Shown here: positions 31,017 to 40,252 of the stretch, one piece after another
Layout of the letters: every line of letters begins with the position of its first letter
How positions within the stretch are numbered: position 1 is the first letter of the stretch
From: Gammaproteobacteria bacterium
Lineage (GTDB): Bacteria; Pseudomonadota; Gammaproteobacteria; Pseudomonadales; Litorivicinaceae
Assembly (NCBI GenBank): GCA_024640985.1
Contig: JAHEDY010000001.1
Coordinates: forward strand, 35,769 to 99,768
Direction: 5' to 3'
Length of the DNA: 64,000 nucleotides
Made by a program: the position numbers and the translations under genes
Notes under the pieces: model-generated
What the model saw: only the letters and a program-made list of their open reading frames with translations
Told to the model about the DNA's origin: nothing
Database searches by the model: none

Positions 31017-32327
31017 TTGAAACCTATTTCTGTTGGCCTCGTTGGCCTCGGTACCGTCGCTCAAGGCACGCTGAACGTGCTTGCTAATAATCGTGAAGAA
31101 CTGGCTCGTCGCGTGGGTCGTGAGATTCAGATTACCCACGTCGGTGCGCGGCGAGATCGCGATGAGGTCGATTTGTCGCAAGTGAAGGTGTCACGGAATT
31201 TGATGGACGTCGCGCTTGATCCGGAAGTGGAAATTTTTGTTGAGCTCATTGGTGGATGTGACTACGCACTGGAGCTCATCGAGGCTGCGATTGATTCTGG
31301 CAAACATGTGGTGACAGCGAACAAGGCGTTGATCGCAGAACATGGGAATGCTTTATTTGAGAAAGCTCAGGCCAAAGGTGTGACGATTGCGTTTGAAGCC
31401 TCGGTTGCTGGCGGCATCCCAGTGATCAAGGCGTTGCGTGAAGGTCTGGCGGCCAACCAAATTAGTTGGTTGGCAGGGATCATCAATGGGACGGGTAATT
31501 TCATCCTGACCGAAATGCGCGATAAAGGGCGTGATTTCGCAGATGTGTTGGCCGAAGCGCAAGCACTTGGTTATGCCGAAGCTGATCCGACATTTGATGT
31601 CGAAGGGATTGATGCGGCTCACAAGCTTTGCATCCTCGCGTCGATTGCGTTTGGTATTCCTTTGAATTTTGCAGCGGTCTACACCCAGGGGATTTCCACC
31701 ATTGATTTGATGGATCTGGATTATGCGGAAGAGCTAGGGTATCGCATTAAACATCTGGGTATTGCGCGCCGGACCGACAAAGGCGTGGAAATGCGCGTCC
31801 ATCCCACATTAATTCCGGAATCTCAATTACTCGCGAATGTGAATGGCGTGATGAACGCCGTACAAATCCATGGAGATGCGGTGGGTTCAACCTTGCTGTA
31901 TGGCCCAGGTGCTGGCTCGATGCCAACGGCGAGTGCGGTGGTTGCTGATTTGGTGGATGTTGCGCGTGTTCTGACTGCCGATCCAACCAATCGAGTGCCT
32001 CATCTGGCGTTTCAACCCGCACACATTGATGACTTGCCGATTCTTCCAATTGAAGAAACGGTCTGTCCTTTTTATGTGCGATTGTCTGTTCGTGATGAAG
32101 TCGGTGTTTTGGCGCATATCACCAGAACGCTGGCCGATCATGACGTTTCGTTAGAAAGCGTGATTCAGAAAGATGGCATCGTCGGCGAGCCTGTGGCTTT
32201 GATCTTATTGACCCACGCGGTCCGTGAAAAAGATGTCTTGGCCGCATTGAGTCAGATTGAGAAACAAAGCTTTGTTCATGCAACCCCTGTGGTGTTGCGT
32301 TGTGAGACGCTTGGGGGTGCGGAATGA
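31017..32327 (+). CDS. hom: Homoserine dehydrogenase
   Basis: VGLVGLGTVAQG Rossmann start, catalytic domain (GIINGTGNFILTEM, DVEGIDAAHKL) and a C-terminal ACT domain. TTG start with AAGGA RBS. Confidence 0.9.
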   Translation: MKPISVGLVGLGTVAQGTLNVLANNREELARRVGREIQITHVGARRDRDEVDLSQVKVSRNLMDVALDPEVEIFVELIGGCDYALELIEAAIDSGKHVVTANKALIAEHGNALFEKAQAKGVTIAFEASVAGGIPVIKALREGLAANQISWLAGIINGTGNFILTEMRDKGRDFADVLAEAQALGYAEADPTFDVEGIDAAHKLCILASIAFGIPLNFAAVYTQGISTIDLMDLDYAEELGYRIKHLGIARRTDKGVEMRVHPTLIPESQLLANVNGVMNAVQIHGDAVGSTLLYGPGAGSMPTASAVVADLVDVARVLTADPTNRVPHLAFQPAHIDDLPILPIEETVCPFYVRLSVRDEVGVLAHITRTLADHDVSLESVIQKDGIVGEPVALILLTHAVREKDVLAALSQIEKQSFVHATPVVLRCETLGGAE

Positions 32328-33703
32328 AATTCGTATCAACCCGCGGACAGGCCCCAGTTCTGGGATTTGACGATGTTGTCTTGACAGGGCTTGCCTCGGA
32401 TGGTGGCCTCTATGTTCCTGAGTCACTGCCGACAGTCTCTGAGGCGACCTTCAGGCAATGGCAGAGTTTGCCTTACGATGCGCTGGCGATTGAGGTCATG
32501 TGGCCTTTCGTCGAAGGCTCAATGGCACGGGAAACCTTTGAAGCAATGGTGCGTGACGCCTACCGCTCATTCCGTCATACCGCGATCGCACCGAGCAAGC
32601 AGTTAACTCATGACACCTGGCTTTTGGAGTTGTTCCACGGGCCGACTTTGGCCTTCAAGGATTTTGCGCTGCAGTTGCTCGGCCGTTTACTCGATTATTT
32701 CCTGGCAGAACGTGGTGAGCGCGGTGTGGTGATGGGTGCCACCTCTGGTGATACGGGGTCGGCGGCCATCGAAGGTGCGCGTCATTCAGAGCATTTAGAT
32801 GTGGTGATTTTGCATCCTTACCAGCGCGTCAGTGAAGTCCAGCGTCGACAGATGACAACAGTTCTTTCAGATAACGTGCATAACGTGGCTGTGAGAGGAA
32901 ATTTTGATGATTGCCAGGCCATTGTGAAGGCCTCCTTTATGGATCAAGCCTTTGTCAATCCGAATCGCTTGCTGGCTGTGAACTCGATTAATCTCGCTCG
33001 GATCATGGCGCAAACCGTCTACTATATTTATTCGGGCCTCCGGCTTGGTGCACTGGATCGTGAGATTGCCTACAGTGTGCCGTCAGCAAATTTCGGCGAT
33101 GTTTTTGGTGGGTACCTGGCCAAGCAAATGGGCTTCCCAATTGCACACTTCACAGTGGCGACCAACGCCAATGATGCCTTAGTACGTGGCTTGAACGGTG
33201 ATCTCTCGAGAAAGCCGCTTGAGAAAACCCTATCACCATCAATGGATATTGTGGTGAGTTCGAATTTTGAGCGGTTATTGTTCGATCTGCACGATCGCGA
33301 TGGAGCCAAAATGGCTGATCTGATGCACGCGTTCCAATCCGGTTCTGTCACACTTGAGGATTCTGTGGTCGATCGAGCCCGAGCCCTCTTTTCAGCGCAT
33401 GCGGTCGATGATGAGCAAACCTGTGCAACGATTGCACGGATCTATCGCGAAACCGGGGAATTGATTGATCCTCATACAGCAACTGGCGTTGATGCGTTGC
33501 AAGTCACACCTCAAGGGATGACCAAAGTCGTCTTGGCGACCGCGCATCCAGCAAAATTTGCTGAAGCAGTCGAAAAAGCTGGGTTCGATGAGGTTCCTCT
33601 ACCGCCTGATATGGCAGATCTGCGAGAACGAGAAGAACGTTATACCGTCTTAGAAAACGATTTGAATGATGTCCAGTCATTTGTTCGTTCTGTGATGGGG
33701 TAG
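32324..33703 (+). CDS. thrC: Threonine synthase (long form)
   Basis: MKFVSTRG start and PLP-Lys motif (GPTLAFKDFALQ). ATGA overlap with hom. Confidence 0.9.
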   Translation: MKFVSTRGQAPVLGFDDVVLTGLASDGGLYVPESLPTVSEATFRQWQSLPYDALAIEVMWPFVEGSMARETFEAMVRDAYRSFRHTAIAPSKQLTHDTWLLELFHGPTLAFKDFALQLLGRLLDYFLAERGERGVVMGATSGDTGSAAIEGARHSEHLDVVILHPYQRVSEVQRRQMTTVLSDNVHNVAVRGNFDDCQAIVKASFMDQAFVNPNRLLAVNSINLARIMAQTVYYIYSGLRLGALDREIAYSVPSANFGDVFGGYLAKQMGFPIAHFTVATNANDALVRGLNGDLSRKPLEKTLSPSMDIVVSSNFERLLFDLHDRDGAKMADLMHAFQSGSVTLEDSVVDRARALFSAHAVDDEQTCATIARIYRETGELIDPHTATGVDALQVTPQGMTKVVLATAHPAKFAEAVEKAGFDEVPLPPDMADLREREERYTVLENDLNDVQSFVRSVMG

Positions 33704-35469
33704 TGCGCGAACCCCGTCCAATTGAAGCCTCAGTTTTTGCTGAGGCTCGTTCTCGTGGATTAGACCCTGTGATTGCCCGCATTGTTGCAGGCCGAATCTC
33801 CGATAAGACCCCGCTCGATGTGGTCTTGGATCCGCAACTTCAACAGATTGCTCCACCATCTAAACTCACCGATATCTCCAAAGCTGCCGATCGACTGCAA
33901 ACCGCGATTCGAGATGGTGAGCGGATTGGGGTGTTAACAGACTACGATGCCGACGGCCTGACAAGCCATGCGGTCATCACGGAATCATTGCAGCGATTTG
34001 GTGTATCGCCTCTGAACATCTCTCATTGGATTGGTCATCGTTTGGAAGATGGATATGGGATCTCGGAGACCTTGGTTGATCGATTATTGGAATCGTCACC
34101 GGTCCCACAGGTGGTGATTTCAGCAGACTGTGGCTCTTCGGATGAGGTGCAGATCGGTCGACTGAAGGACGCCGGTGTCGATGTCATCGTGACCGATCAT
34201 CATCGAGTCTCTGATCGCGGACCGCCAGCGAGTGCTTGGGCGGTCGTCAATCCGAATCGAGCGGATTGTCTCTATCCAGATAAGGCCATTGCCGGTTGCA
34301 TGGTGTCCTGGTTGGTTATGAGTTTCTTGAGACAACGCTTAATCGATCAAGGGGTACTTGTTCCGGCGACACCAAAACTCGGTGATCTCTTGGATTATGT
34401 CGCACTGGGAACCGTGGCTGATTGTGTTTCACTGGGGTCGAGCGAAACCAACCGGGCCGTGGTCAAAGCCGGATTGTCGCTGATCGCGCGCCAACAGAGA
34501 CCGTGCTGGCAGGTCGCTATTTCCCAATTGACGCGTGCACCGCGTGACTTGAATGCGGAATTATTGGCCTTTCAGTTGGCTCCTCGTTTGAACGCTCGCG
34601 GTCGAATCGCACACTCACTGAGAGGTTACGAATATCTTGTCGCAACGTCCGTTTCAGAGGCATCCAATGCATTTTTAGATCTGGATGCAGACAATAAAAC
34701 CCGACGCGCCATCGAAAAAACTATGGTTGAACAAGCCAAGCCTTTGGCAAAACGCCAGCACCTGCATGGTGGCTTAGTGTTGTGCGTTGTTTTGGAAAAT
34801 GGACATGCTGGAGTTCAAGGAATCGTTGCCAGTCGTTTGGTTGAAGCAGAAGGGCGACCCACGATCGTTCTGACAACGGGAATGGAGCCCGGGACACTCT
34901 CTGGATCCATGCGATCAATCCCAGGCGTTGATGCGAAGATGCTCTTAGATCGGGTGAATGCCGTACTTCCCGAAGCTATGGTTCGCTATGGTGGACATAC
35001 GGGTGCTTGTGGCATGACGCTTCATCAAGCGGCACTTGCGGAATTCAGTCGCGAATTGCAAGACATTTATCGCTCAGAGTATGCAGATGTGGGCCCTAAA
35101 CCGCAGTTTTTAGTGGATGGTGAATTGCTTCCAGAGCAATTCAGTATCCCTTGGATTGAGCAAATGGAAGCGCTCGGTCCATTTGGTCGTGGGTTTGATC
35201 AACCACTGTTTGTCGGACTGTTTCAGGTCGTTTCAGTGCGCCCAGTGGGACAGGATCGGACCCATTTGAGTATGTCTTTGGCGCTCGAGGGTCGGCAAGT
35301 CCAAGGGATTTGGTTTTCTGCACTCGAACCGCACGAACCTCCTCCTGTAAACTCGGGCGATTGGGTCGAATGTGTCTACAGTCTCTCGATCAACACCTTT
35401 CGTGGCCAGGACGTGTCACTGACAATTCGCCATGGACAAGTCAAACAAAAAGGAAACATGCATGTCTGA
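33703..35469 (+). CDS. recJ: Single-stranded-DNA-specific exonuclease RecJ
   Basis: DHH family motifs DYDADGLTS, ADCGSS and VTDHH, plus DHHA1 (GGHTGACG). The GTG start overlaps the last base of the thrC stop. Confidence 0.9.
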   Translation: MREPRPIEASVFAEARSRGLDPVIARIVAGRISDKTPLDVVLDPQLQQIAPPSKLTDISKAADRLQTAIRDGERIGVLTDYDADGLTSHAVITESLQRFGVSPLNISHWIGHRLEDGYGISETLVDRLLESSPVPQVVISADCGSSDEVQIGRLKDAGVDVIVTDHHRVSDRGPPASAWAVVNPNRADCLYPDKAIAGCMVSWLVMSFLRQRLIDQGVLVPATPKLGDLLDYVALGTVADCVSLGSSETNRAVVKAGLSLIARQQRPCWQVAISQLTRAPRDLNAELLAFQLAPRLNARGRIAHSLRGYEYLVATSVSEASNAFLDLDADNKTRRAIEKTMVEQAKPLAKRQHLHGGLVLCVVLENGHAGVQGIVASRLVEAEGRPTIVLTTGMEPGTLSGSMRSIPGVDAKMLLDRVNAVLPEAMVRYGGHTGACGMTLHQAALAEFSRELQDIYRSEYADVGPKPQFLVDGELLPEQFSIPWIEQMEALGPFGRGFDQPLFVGLFQVVSVRPVGQDRTHLSMSLALEGRQVQGIWFSALEPHEPPPVNSGDWVECVYSLSINTFRGQDVSLTIRHGQVKQKGNMHV

Positions 35470-36259
35470 AGACGCAGGTGGACAATCCAAAACCTTAGTT
35501 CGTGGCTTATCGATTTTAAACGCCTGCTCGGGATCGCGCTCTGGTTTGACGCTGGTTGAAATTGCGGAGGCGACTGATTTGGCTCCATCCACGGTGCATC
35601 GTTTGTTAACGACTTTGGAAGCCCTATCTTTTTTATCGGTTAATAGTGAGACAGGCCGATGGCGGATTGGTGTTGCTGGATTCCGGATGGGCAATGCGTT
35701 TGTTCGCTCACGAGACTATGTTGCACAACTGAGACCACTGATGATCGCGTTGTCGGACCAGACGGGTGAAACCGTCAATTTGGCCATTTTGTCCGGGCAC
35801 AAAGCCCTGTTTGTCTCGCAAATCGAAAGTGCGAACATGATGCGAATGGTCGCGCCCTTGGGAAGTTTATCGCCACTCCACGCATCGGGTGCCGGAAAGG
35901 CGTTACTTGCTGCCCTCGGTCAGGATGAGCGGAGTGCGTTGATGGAACAAATCACTTACGAAGCGCTGACAGACAAAACGCATCGATCCCAAGCTTCATT
36001 GGACGCTGAGATTCAGACCATTATCGCCGAGGGTCGATCCTATGATCGGCAAGAGCATGTTGATGGAATGCAATGTGTCGCGGCCCCGGTATTTAACGAA
36101 CTCGGCTCGCCGATCTGTACCTTGAGTATCAGCGGACCCAGTGTCCGTATCAGTGACGCTGTATTCATTGACCACGGTGATGCTGTGGCTCAAACCGCTC
36201 ACACGGCGACCCAGTTGCTTGGTGGGATTCCACCAAATCATTGGATGTCAAATGACTGA
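35462..36259 (+). CDS. IclR-family transcriptional regulator
   Basis: wHTH (LVRGLSILNAC...LTLVEIAEATDLAPSTVHRLLTTL) plus an IclR effector domain. ATG at 35462 with AAGGA RBS. Overlaps the recJ 3' end by 8 nt. Confidence 0.8.
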   Translation: MSEDAGGQSKTLVRGLSILNACSGSRSGLTLVEIAEATDLAPSTVHRLLTTLEALSFLSVNSETGRWRIGVAGFRMGNAFVRSRDYVAQLRPLMIALSDQTGETVNLAILSGHKALFVSQIESANMMRMVAPLGSLSPLHASGAGKALLAALGQDERSALMEQITYEALTDKTHRSQASLDAEIQTIIAEGRSYDRQEHVDGMQCVAAPVFNELGSPICTLSISGPSVRISDAVFIDHGDAVAQTAHTATQLLGGIPPNHWMSND

Positions 36260-36986
36260 GACGATCCTCGCAGTCCGAGGACTGCGAAAATCTTACGATG
36301 ATGTGGTCGCGGTTGATGGACTCGATTTCGAGATCGAGTCTGGTCAGTGCTTTGGTCTTCTTGGGCCGAATGGTGCTGGAAAGAGCACGACGCTTGCGTT
36401 GCTTGAAGGGATGGAACTCCCCACCAGTGGTTCGGTGACCTATCGCGGTGGAGCGCTTCCTGCGGACTACCAAGACCGCGTTGGCATTCAATTCCAGGCG
36501 ACCGCGCTACAGGATTACCTGACGCCTTTTGACAACTTAAAGCTGTTTTCCAGTTTCTATGATGATCCGATTTCGATGGATCGGTTAATTGAACAATTTC
36601 GCTTAGGTGAGTTCCTTCACCGCGATGCACGACGACTGTCGGGCGGACAAAGACAGCGGTTATTGCTCGCTTTGGCACTTGTTCACAATCCGGAAATCGT
36701 TTTTTTAGATGAACCGACAACCGGTCTCGATCCGCGTTCGCGGCGGGATCTTTGGGATGTGGTGACGGATTTAAAAGCCGACGGTCGGACGTTGATTTTG
36801 ACCACACATTACATGGAAGAGGCTGAGGTCTTATGCGATCAGTTAGTCATCCTTTCACATGGCCAAACCCTGCTTCAAGGAACTCCCAAACAGTTGATCA
36901 AAGATGCCGGAGTGGTCGATCTGGATACACTGTTTTTGTCGCTGACCGGTGAACCGTTGGTGAAGACTCAGGAGGTGATTGAATGA
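36252..36986 (+). CDS. ABC transporter ATP-binding protein (ABC-2/DrrA-type exporter)
   Basis: Intact Walker A GPNGAGKST, signature LSGGQRQR and Walker [13 protein letters not shown]. 8-nt overlap with the IclR gene. Confidence 0.85.
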   Translation: MTETILAVRGLRKSYDDVVAVDGLDFEIESGQCFGLLGPNGAGKSTTLALLEGMELPTSGSVTYRGGALPADYQDRVGIQFQATALQDYLTPFDNLKLFSSFYDDPISMDRLIEQFRLGEFLHRDARRLSGGQRQRLLLALALVHNPEIVFLDEPTTGLDPRSRRDLWDVVTDLKADGRTLILTTHYMEEAEVLCDQLVILSHGQTLLQGTPKQLIKDAGVVDLDTLFLSLTGEPLVKTQEVIE

Positions 36987-37993
36987 AATCAGCCATGAGA
37001 TCACTGAAACGCATGAAAGCGGTGTTTGTTGCCAGAAACCTCGAGTATCTCCGAGATCGAGCCAGTTTTGGATGGAACTTAGTCTTCCCAGTTTTAATCG
37101 TGTTTGCCTTGGCTGTGGTGTTTTCTGGGCCGACCAAAGCGTTATTTACCGTGACCACAATCGGTCAGGAAGCGCTTCCTGAATTGGTGAAGTTTCCTGG
37201 TGTCGAGAGCCTCGAAGCAGATCGAACCAAGGCGCTCGAGCGATTATCTCGACAACAAACGGATCTGGTTCTGGAGGTCAGGGATCAGTCTGTGAACTAT
37301 TGGGTCAATGGGAATTCGGCCGCCGGTGCAATTTTAGAAATCTTGCTTCAGTACACCGAAGACCGTCCGTTGGAGCGTGGTGAGACTGATGGCCAAGCGA
37401 TCCGTTATGTGGATTGGGTGGTGCCTGGCATTCTCGGCATGAATATGATGTACAGCGCACTTTGGGGTGTGGGTTATGTGGTGGTTCGGTATCGTCAGTC
37501 GGGGTATTTACGGCGATTGAAAGCGACCCCGTTGACGAAGTTTGAGTTTTTATCCGCGCAAGTTCTGTCGCGCCTTTTAGTCACTTTAACTGCCAGCAGC
37601 ATTGTCTTCATCGGGACCAATTTGATCCTCGATTATAAAATGGTGGGCAGTATTGCGTTACTGGTGTTGATTGCGCTGATGGGTGGTCTGGCAATGATTA
37701 CGCTGGGTCTCGCGATTGCTTGTCGCACCGAAAGTAAAGAATTCGCTGATGGACTGCTCAATGCTGTGACCTTTCCGATGTTGCTTCTGTCGGGTGTCTG
37801 GTTTTCTCTGGATGGATCCCCACAATGGGTACAAACGATGGCGCAGGTCCTACCGTTAACCCATGTATTGGAAGCAGCCCGCGCAGTGATGCTCGATAAT
37901 GCCGGATTTGCTGATATCGCCCTACACCTCTCGGTGCTTGTGGGATTCTGTGTTGTCGGAATGGGTGTCAGTATTAAATTATTTAAATGGTGA
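36983..37993 (+). CDS. ABC-2 type transporter permease
   Basis: About 6 TM with an enlarged first extracytoplasmic loop. ATGA overlap with the ATPase gene. Confidence 0.8.
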   Translation: MKSAMRSLKRMKAVFVARNLEYLRDRASFGWNLVFPVLIVFALAVVFSGPTKALFTVTTIGQEALPELVKFPGVESLEADRTKALERLSRQQTDLVLEVRDQSVNYWVNGNSAAGAILEILLQYTEDRPLERGETDGQAIRYVDWVVPGILGMNMMYSALWGVGYVVVRYRQSGYLRRLKATPLTKFEFLSAQVLSRLLVTLTASSIVFIGTNLILDYKMVGSIALLVLIALMGGLAMITLGLAIACRTESKEFADGLLNAVTFPMLLLSGVWFSLDGSPQWVQTMAQVLPLTHVLEAARAVMLDNAGFADIALHLSVLVGFCVVGMGVSIKLFKW

Positions 37994-37997
37994 TCAT

Positions 37998-38732
37998 GTG
38001 AATCAATCTGCACTGATACAGGGAGGCGCAGGCGGTCTAGGACGGGCCCTGGTCGATCGGGTCTTGGAGTCAGATCGATTTGATCGAGTCTTTGTCACTG
38101 CTCGTGACTCCAGTCGAATTGTGTCCGAGGATCCGCGCGTGGTTCCGATTGCTCTTGATCTGACCGATGATGCATCGATTGCTGAAGCCGCTGAAACAAT
38201 CCGCACACTGACCAATCATTTGCATCTCGCGATCACGACAGCGGGTTTGTTGCAAGACGACGCGACTGGCCTTAAGCCCGAAAAGAAACTGGGTGATTTG
38301 ACGAGAAGTCATTTGCAGCGGGTGTTTTCGGTGAATTGTTTCGGTCCGTTTTTGTGGTATGCCGCATTGGGCCGCCTGATTCGCCATCGAGATCCAGTGA
38401 TCATAGCGACGCTCTCAGCGCGGGTTGCATCCATTGGTGATAATCGATTAGGTGGCTGGCACAGCTATCGAGCCAGTAAGACCGCACAAAATATGCTGAC
38501 GAAAAATTTAAGTCTCGAGCTTGGACGCACGAACCCAAACGCAATCGTCATCGGCCTTCACCCAGGGACAGTTGATACGAACTTGTCGAAGCCATTTCAG
38601 GCTGGTGTTTCGCCTGAGCGATTATTCACCCCCGAGCAATCGGCGGGTTATCTGTGGGATGTGCTGTTGAACTTGACGTCTGAGCAGTCAGGGCAAGTGA
38701 TCGCCTGGGATGGCCAGGCGATCGTACCTTAG
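37998..38732 (+). CDS. Short-chain dehydrogenase/reductase (CsgA/C-factor-like SDR)
   Basis: GGAGGLG cofactor motif right after an in-frame GTG at 37998, and YRASK catalytic motif. The ORF-track start at 37899 lies inside the permease gene. Confidence 0.75.
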   Translation: MNQSALIQGGAGGLGRALVDRVLESDRFDRVFVTARDSSRIVSEDPRVVPIALDLTDDASIAEAAETIRTLTNHLHLAITTAGLLQDDATGLKPEKKLGDLTRSHLQRVFSVNCFGPFLWYAALGRLIRHRDPVIIATLSARVASIGDNRLGGWHSYRASKTAQNMLTKNLSLELGRTNPNAIVIGLHPGTVDTNLSKPFQAGVSPERLFTPEQSAGYLWDVLLNLTSEQSGQVIAWDGQAIVP

Positions 38733-38733
38733 A

Positions 38734-39174
38734 TTAGGCGGAGGCGACTTCAGCCGGTGATTGGTAGGGTAAGCGCGCTTTGAACCAGTCAGTATTGTCG
38801 ACAGCATATTTGCCAGCGCCCTGAAGACCGACACTGATCGCCAAAGCGACCAGTAAGAGCGGGAATTCCCAGCCACCGCCTTCGGCCGAAAATAACCAGC
38901 CGTTTCCGAGATGCATCCAGGTTGCCCCGAGCAGTATTGGTAATGAAAGCCATGCGGCTAGCTTTGTGAAGATGCCAAGGATTAATGCGATGCCACCAAT
39001 GACCTCTCCGCCGATCACCAAATAGGCAACAAGCGCGGGTAATCCGATACTCTCAAAATATCCCACCGTTCCAGCGATGGTGAACGTGCCGATCTTCAAG
39101 AGATAGCCGTGAGCAAATAAAATCACGCCCAAAGCAATCCGTGTGACAGTCAATCCTAAGTCTTGATGATTCAT
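38734..39174 (-). CDS. DoxX-family membrane protein
   Basis: 146 aa, 4 TM, with ARIALGVILFAHG and GG.EFP motifs typical of DoxX. Divergent from a LysR regulator. Confidence 0.75.
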   Translation of the reverse strand: MNHQDLGLTVTRIALGVILFAHGYLLKIGTFTIAGTVGYFESIGLPALVAYLVIGGEVIGGIALILGIFTKLAAWLSLPILLGATWMHLGNGWLFSAEGGGWEFPLLLVALAISVGLQGAGKYAVDNTDWFKARLPYQSPAEVASA

Positions 39175-39224
39175 CGTTATGTCCTCTGTTTTCCGATATC
39201 CATAGAATGACTGATTATTTTTAG

Positions 39225-39259
39225 GAATTAAATTATGATAAAAAGCACTTGTTTAATTC
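39225..39259. promoter_or_regulatory. AT-rich inverted repeat in the DoxX<>LysR divergent promoter region (candidate LysR operator)
   Basis: GAATTAAA (39225-39232) and TTTAATTC (39252-39259): perfect 8-bp arms with a 19-nt spacer. Confidence 0.3.
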
Positions 39260-39310
39260 TATTTTGGAACTAATAAGACAGGTGTGATTCACACGCGAAT
39301 TGATGAGGGA

Positions 39311-40234
39311 ATGATGGACCGCCTTTCACGAGTACCAATTTTTGTCGCTGTCGCACGCCATGGTAGTTTTGCTGAAGCAGCCAGGCGTCTTGGGATGACA
39401 GGTTCTGCAGTCAGTAAACAAGTCCAGCGCTTAGAGAATGATTTAGGTGTTCGATTGTTTCACCGAACCACTCGTCAATTGAGTTTGACTGATGAGGGTT
39501 CATTTCTCTTTGAGCGTTCCGCTCCGCTGGTTGAGGGTATTGAAGAAGTTGGTGAAATGCTCGCTGGTCGAAAAGCCAAACCTGAGGGGTCCCTACGAAT
39601 CTCTGCACCAGTGGCCCTGGCACAACGTGTTCTCAAAGAGCCGTTGACCTCCTTTGCTTCGCATCATCCGAGAATACAGTTGCATGTGGAGCTCTCTGAC
39701 CGTTTTGTCGATTTGGTGGGAGAGGGCTTTGATCTGGCGATTCGGATCGGTCATCTGGAGGATTCTTCATTGGTTGCTCGACGATTGTCTGATGTTCCGA
39801 TGGTGCTCGTCGGTGCGCCGATCTTATTGGCGGAATACGGCACACCATCAACGCCAGACGATCTCACGAACATTCCATTTATTCATTATGCATCAGAGCG
39901 TGCGGTGCAACGTCTGAAGTTGCAGCGCGGCTCGGATGAGCCTGTGCAGATTGCGACACAGGCGAACCTTTCAACCAACAATGATCAAATGATGGTTTCT
40001 TTTGCTCGAGCTGGCCAAGGCTTGATTTCATTGCCACGGTTTATGGTGGAGTCTGAGCTCGATGATGGGCGCTTACGGGAAGTCTTGCCCGATTATCGAT
40101 TGTTCCCTGAACGTAAATTGTATGCGGTCTTTCCGCACGGGCGGCATTTGCCATTGAAGACACGAGCATTGATTGATTTTTTGGTTGACGAGCTGGCCAT
40201 AAAAAACCCGAGCACAAAGGGCTCGGGTTTTTAG
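39311..40234 (+). CDS. LysR-family transcriptional regulator
   Basis: HTH (FVAVARHGSFAEAARRLGMTGSAVSKQVQRLENDLGVRLFHRTTRQLSLT) plus a LysR substrate-binding domain. ATG at 39311. Confidence 0.85.
   Translation: MMDRLSRVPIFVAVARHGSFAEAARRLGMTGSAVSKQVQRLENDLGVRLFHRTTRQLSLTDEGSFLFERSAPLVEGIEEVGEMLAGRKAKPEGSLRISAPVALAQRVLKEPLTSFASHHPRIQLHVELSDRFVDLVGEGFDLAIRIGHLEDSSLVARRLSDVPMVLVGAPILLAEYGTPSTPDDLTNIPFIHYASERAVQRLKLQRGSDEPVQIATQANLSTNNDQMMVSFARAGQGLISLPRFMVESELDDGRLREVLPDYRLFPERKLYAVFPHGRHLPLKTRALIDFLVDELAIKNPSTKGSGF
40205..40232. terminator. Bidirectional rho-independent terminator (LysR gene / maeB)
   Basis: An A-run, then acccgagc-(7-nt loop)-gctcgggt, then a T-run. The hairpin is encoded within the last 11 codons of the LysR gene. 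Confidence 0.65.
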
Positions 40235-40252
40235 GGTCTCACTGACGGAGTG

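Noticed and set aside
36238-36807. Long antisense ORFs inside strong genes: 36238-36807, 8081-8557, 47803-48225, 21279-21737, 58757-59230, 3049-3423, 18781-19167 and 37633-38013.
   Set aside because: Each lies wholly opposite a CDS with clear family motifs. Their Arg/Ser/Pro-rich compositions are typical of shadow frames, and none has its own motifs.
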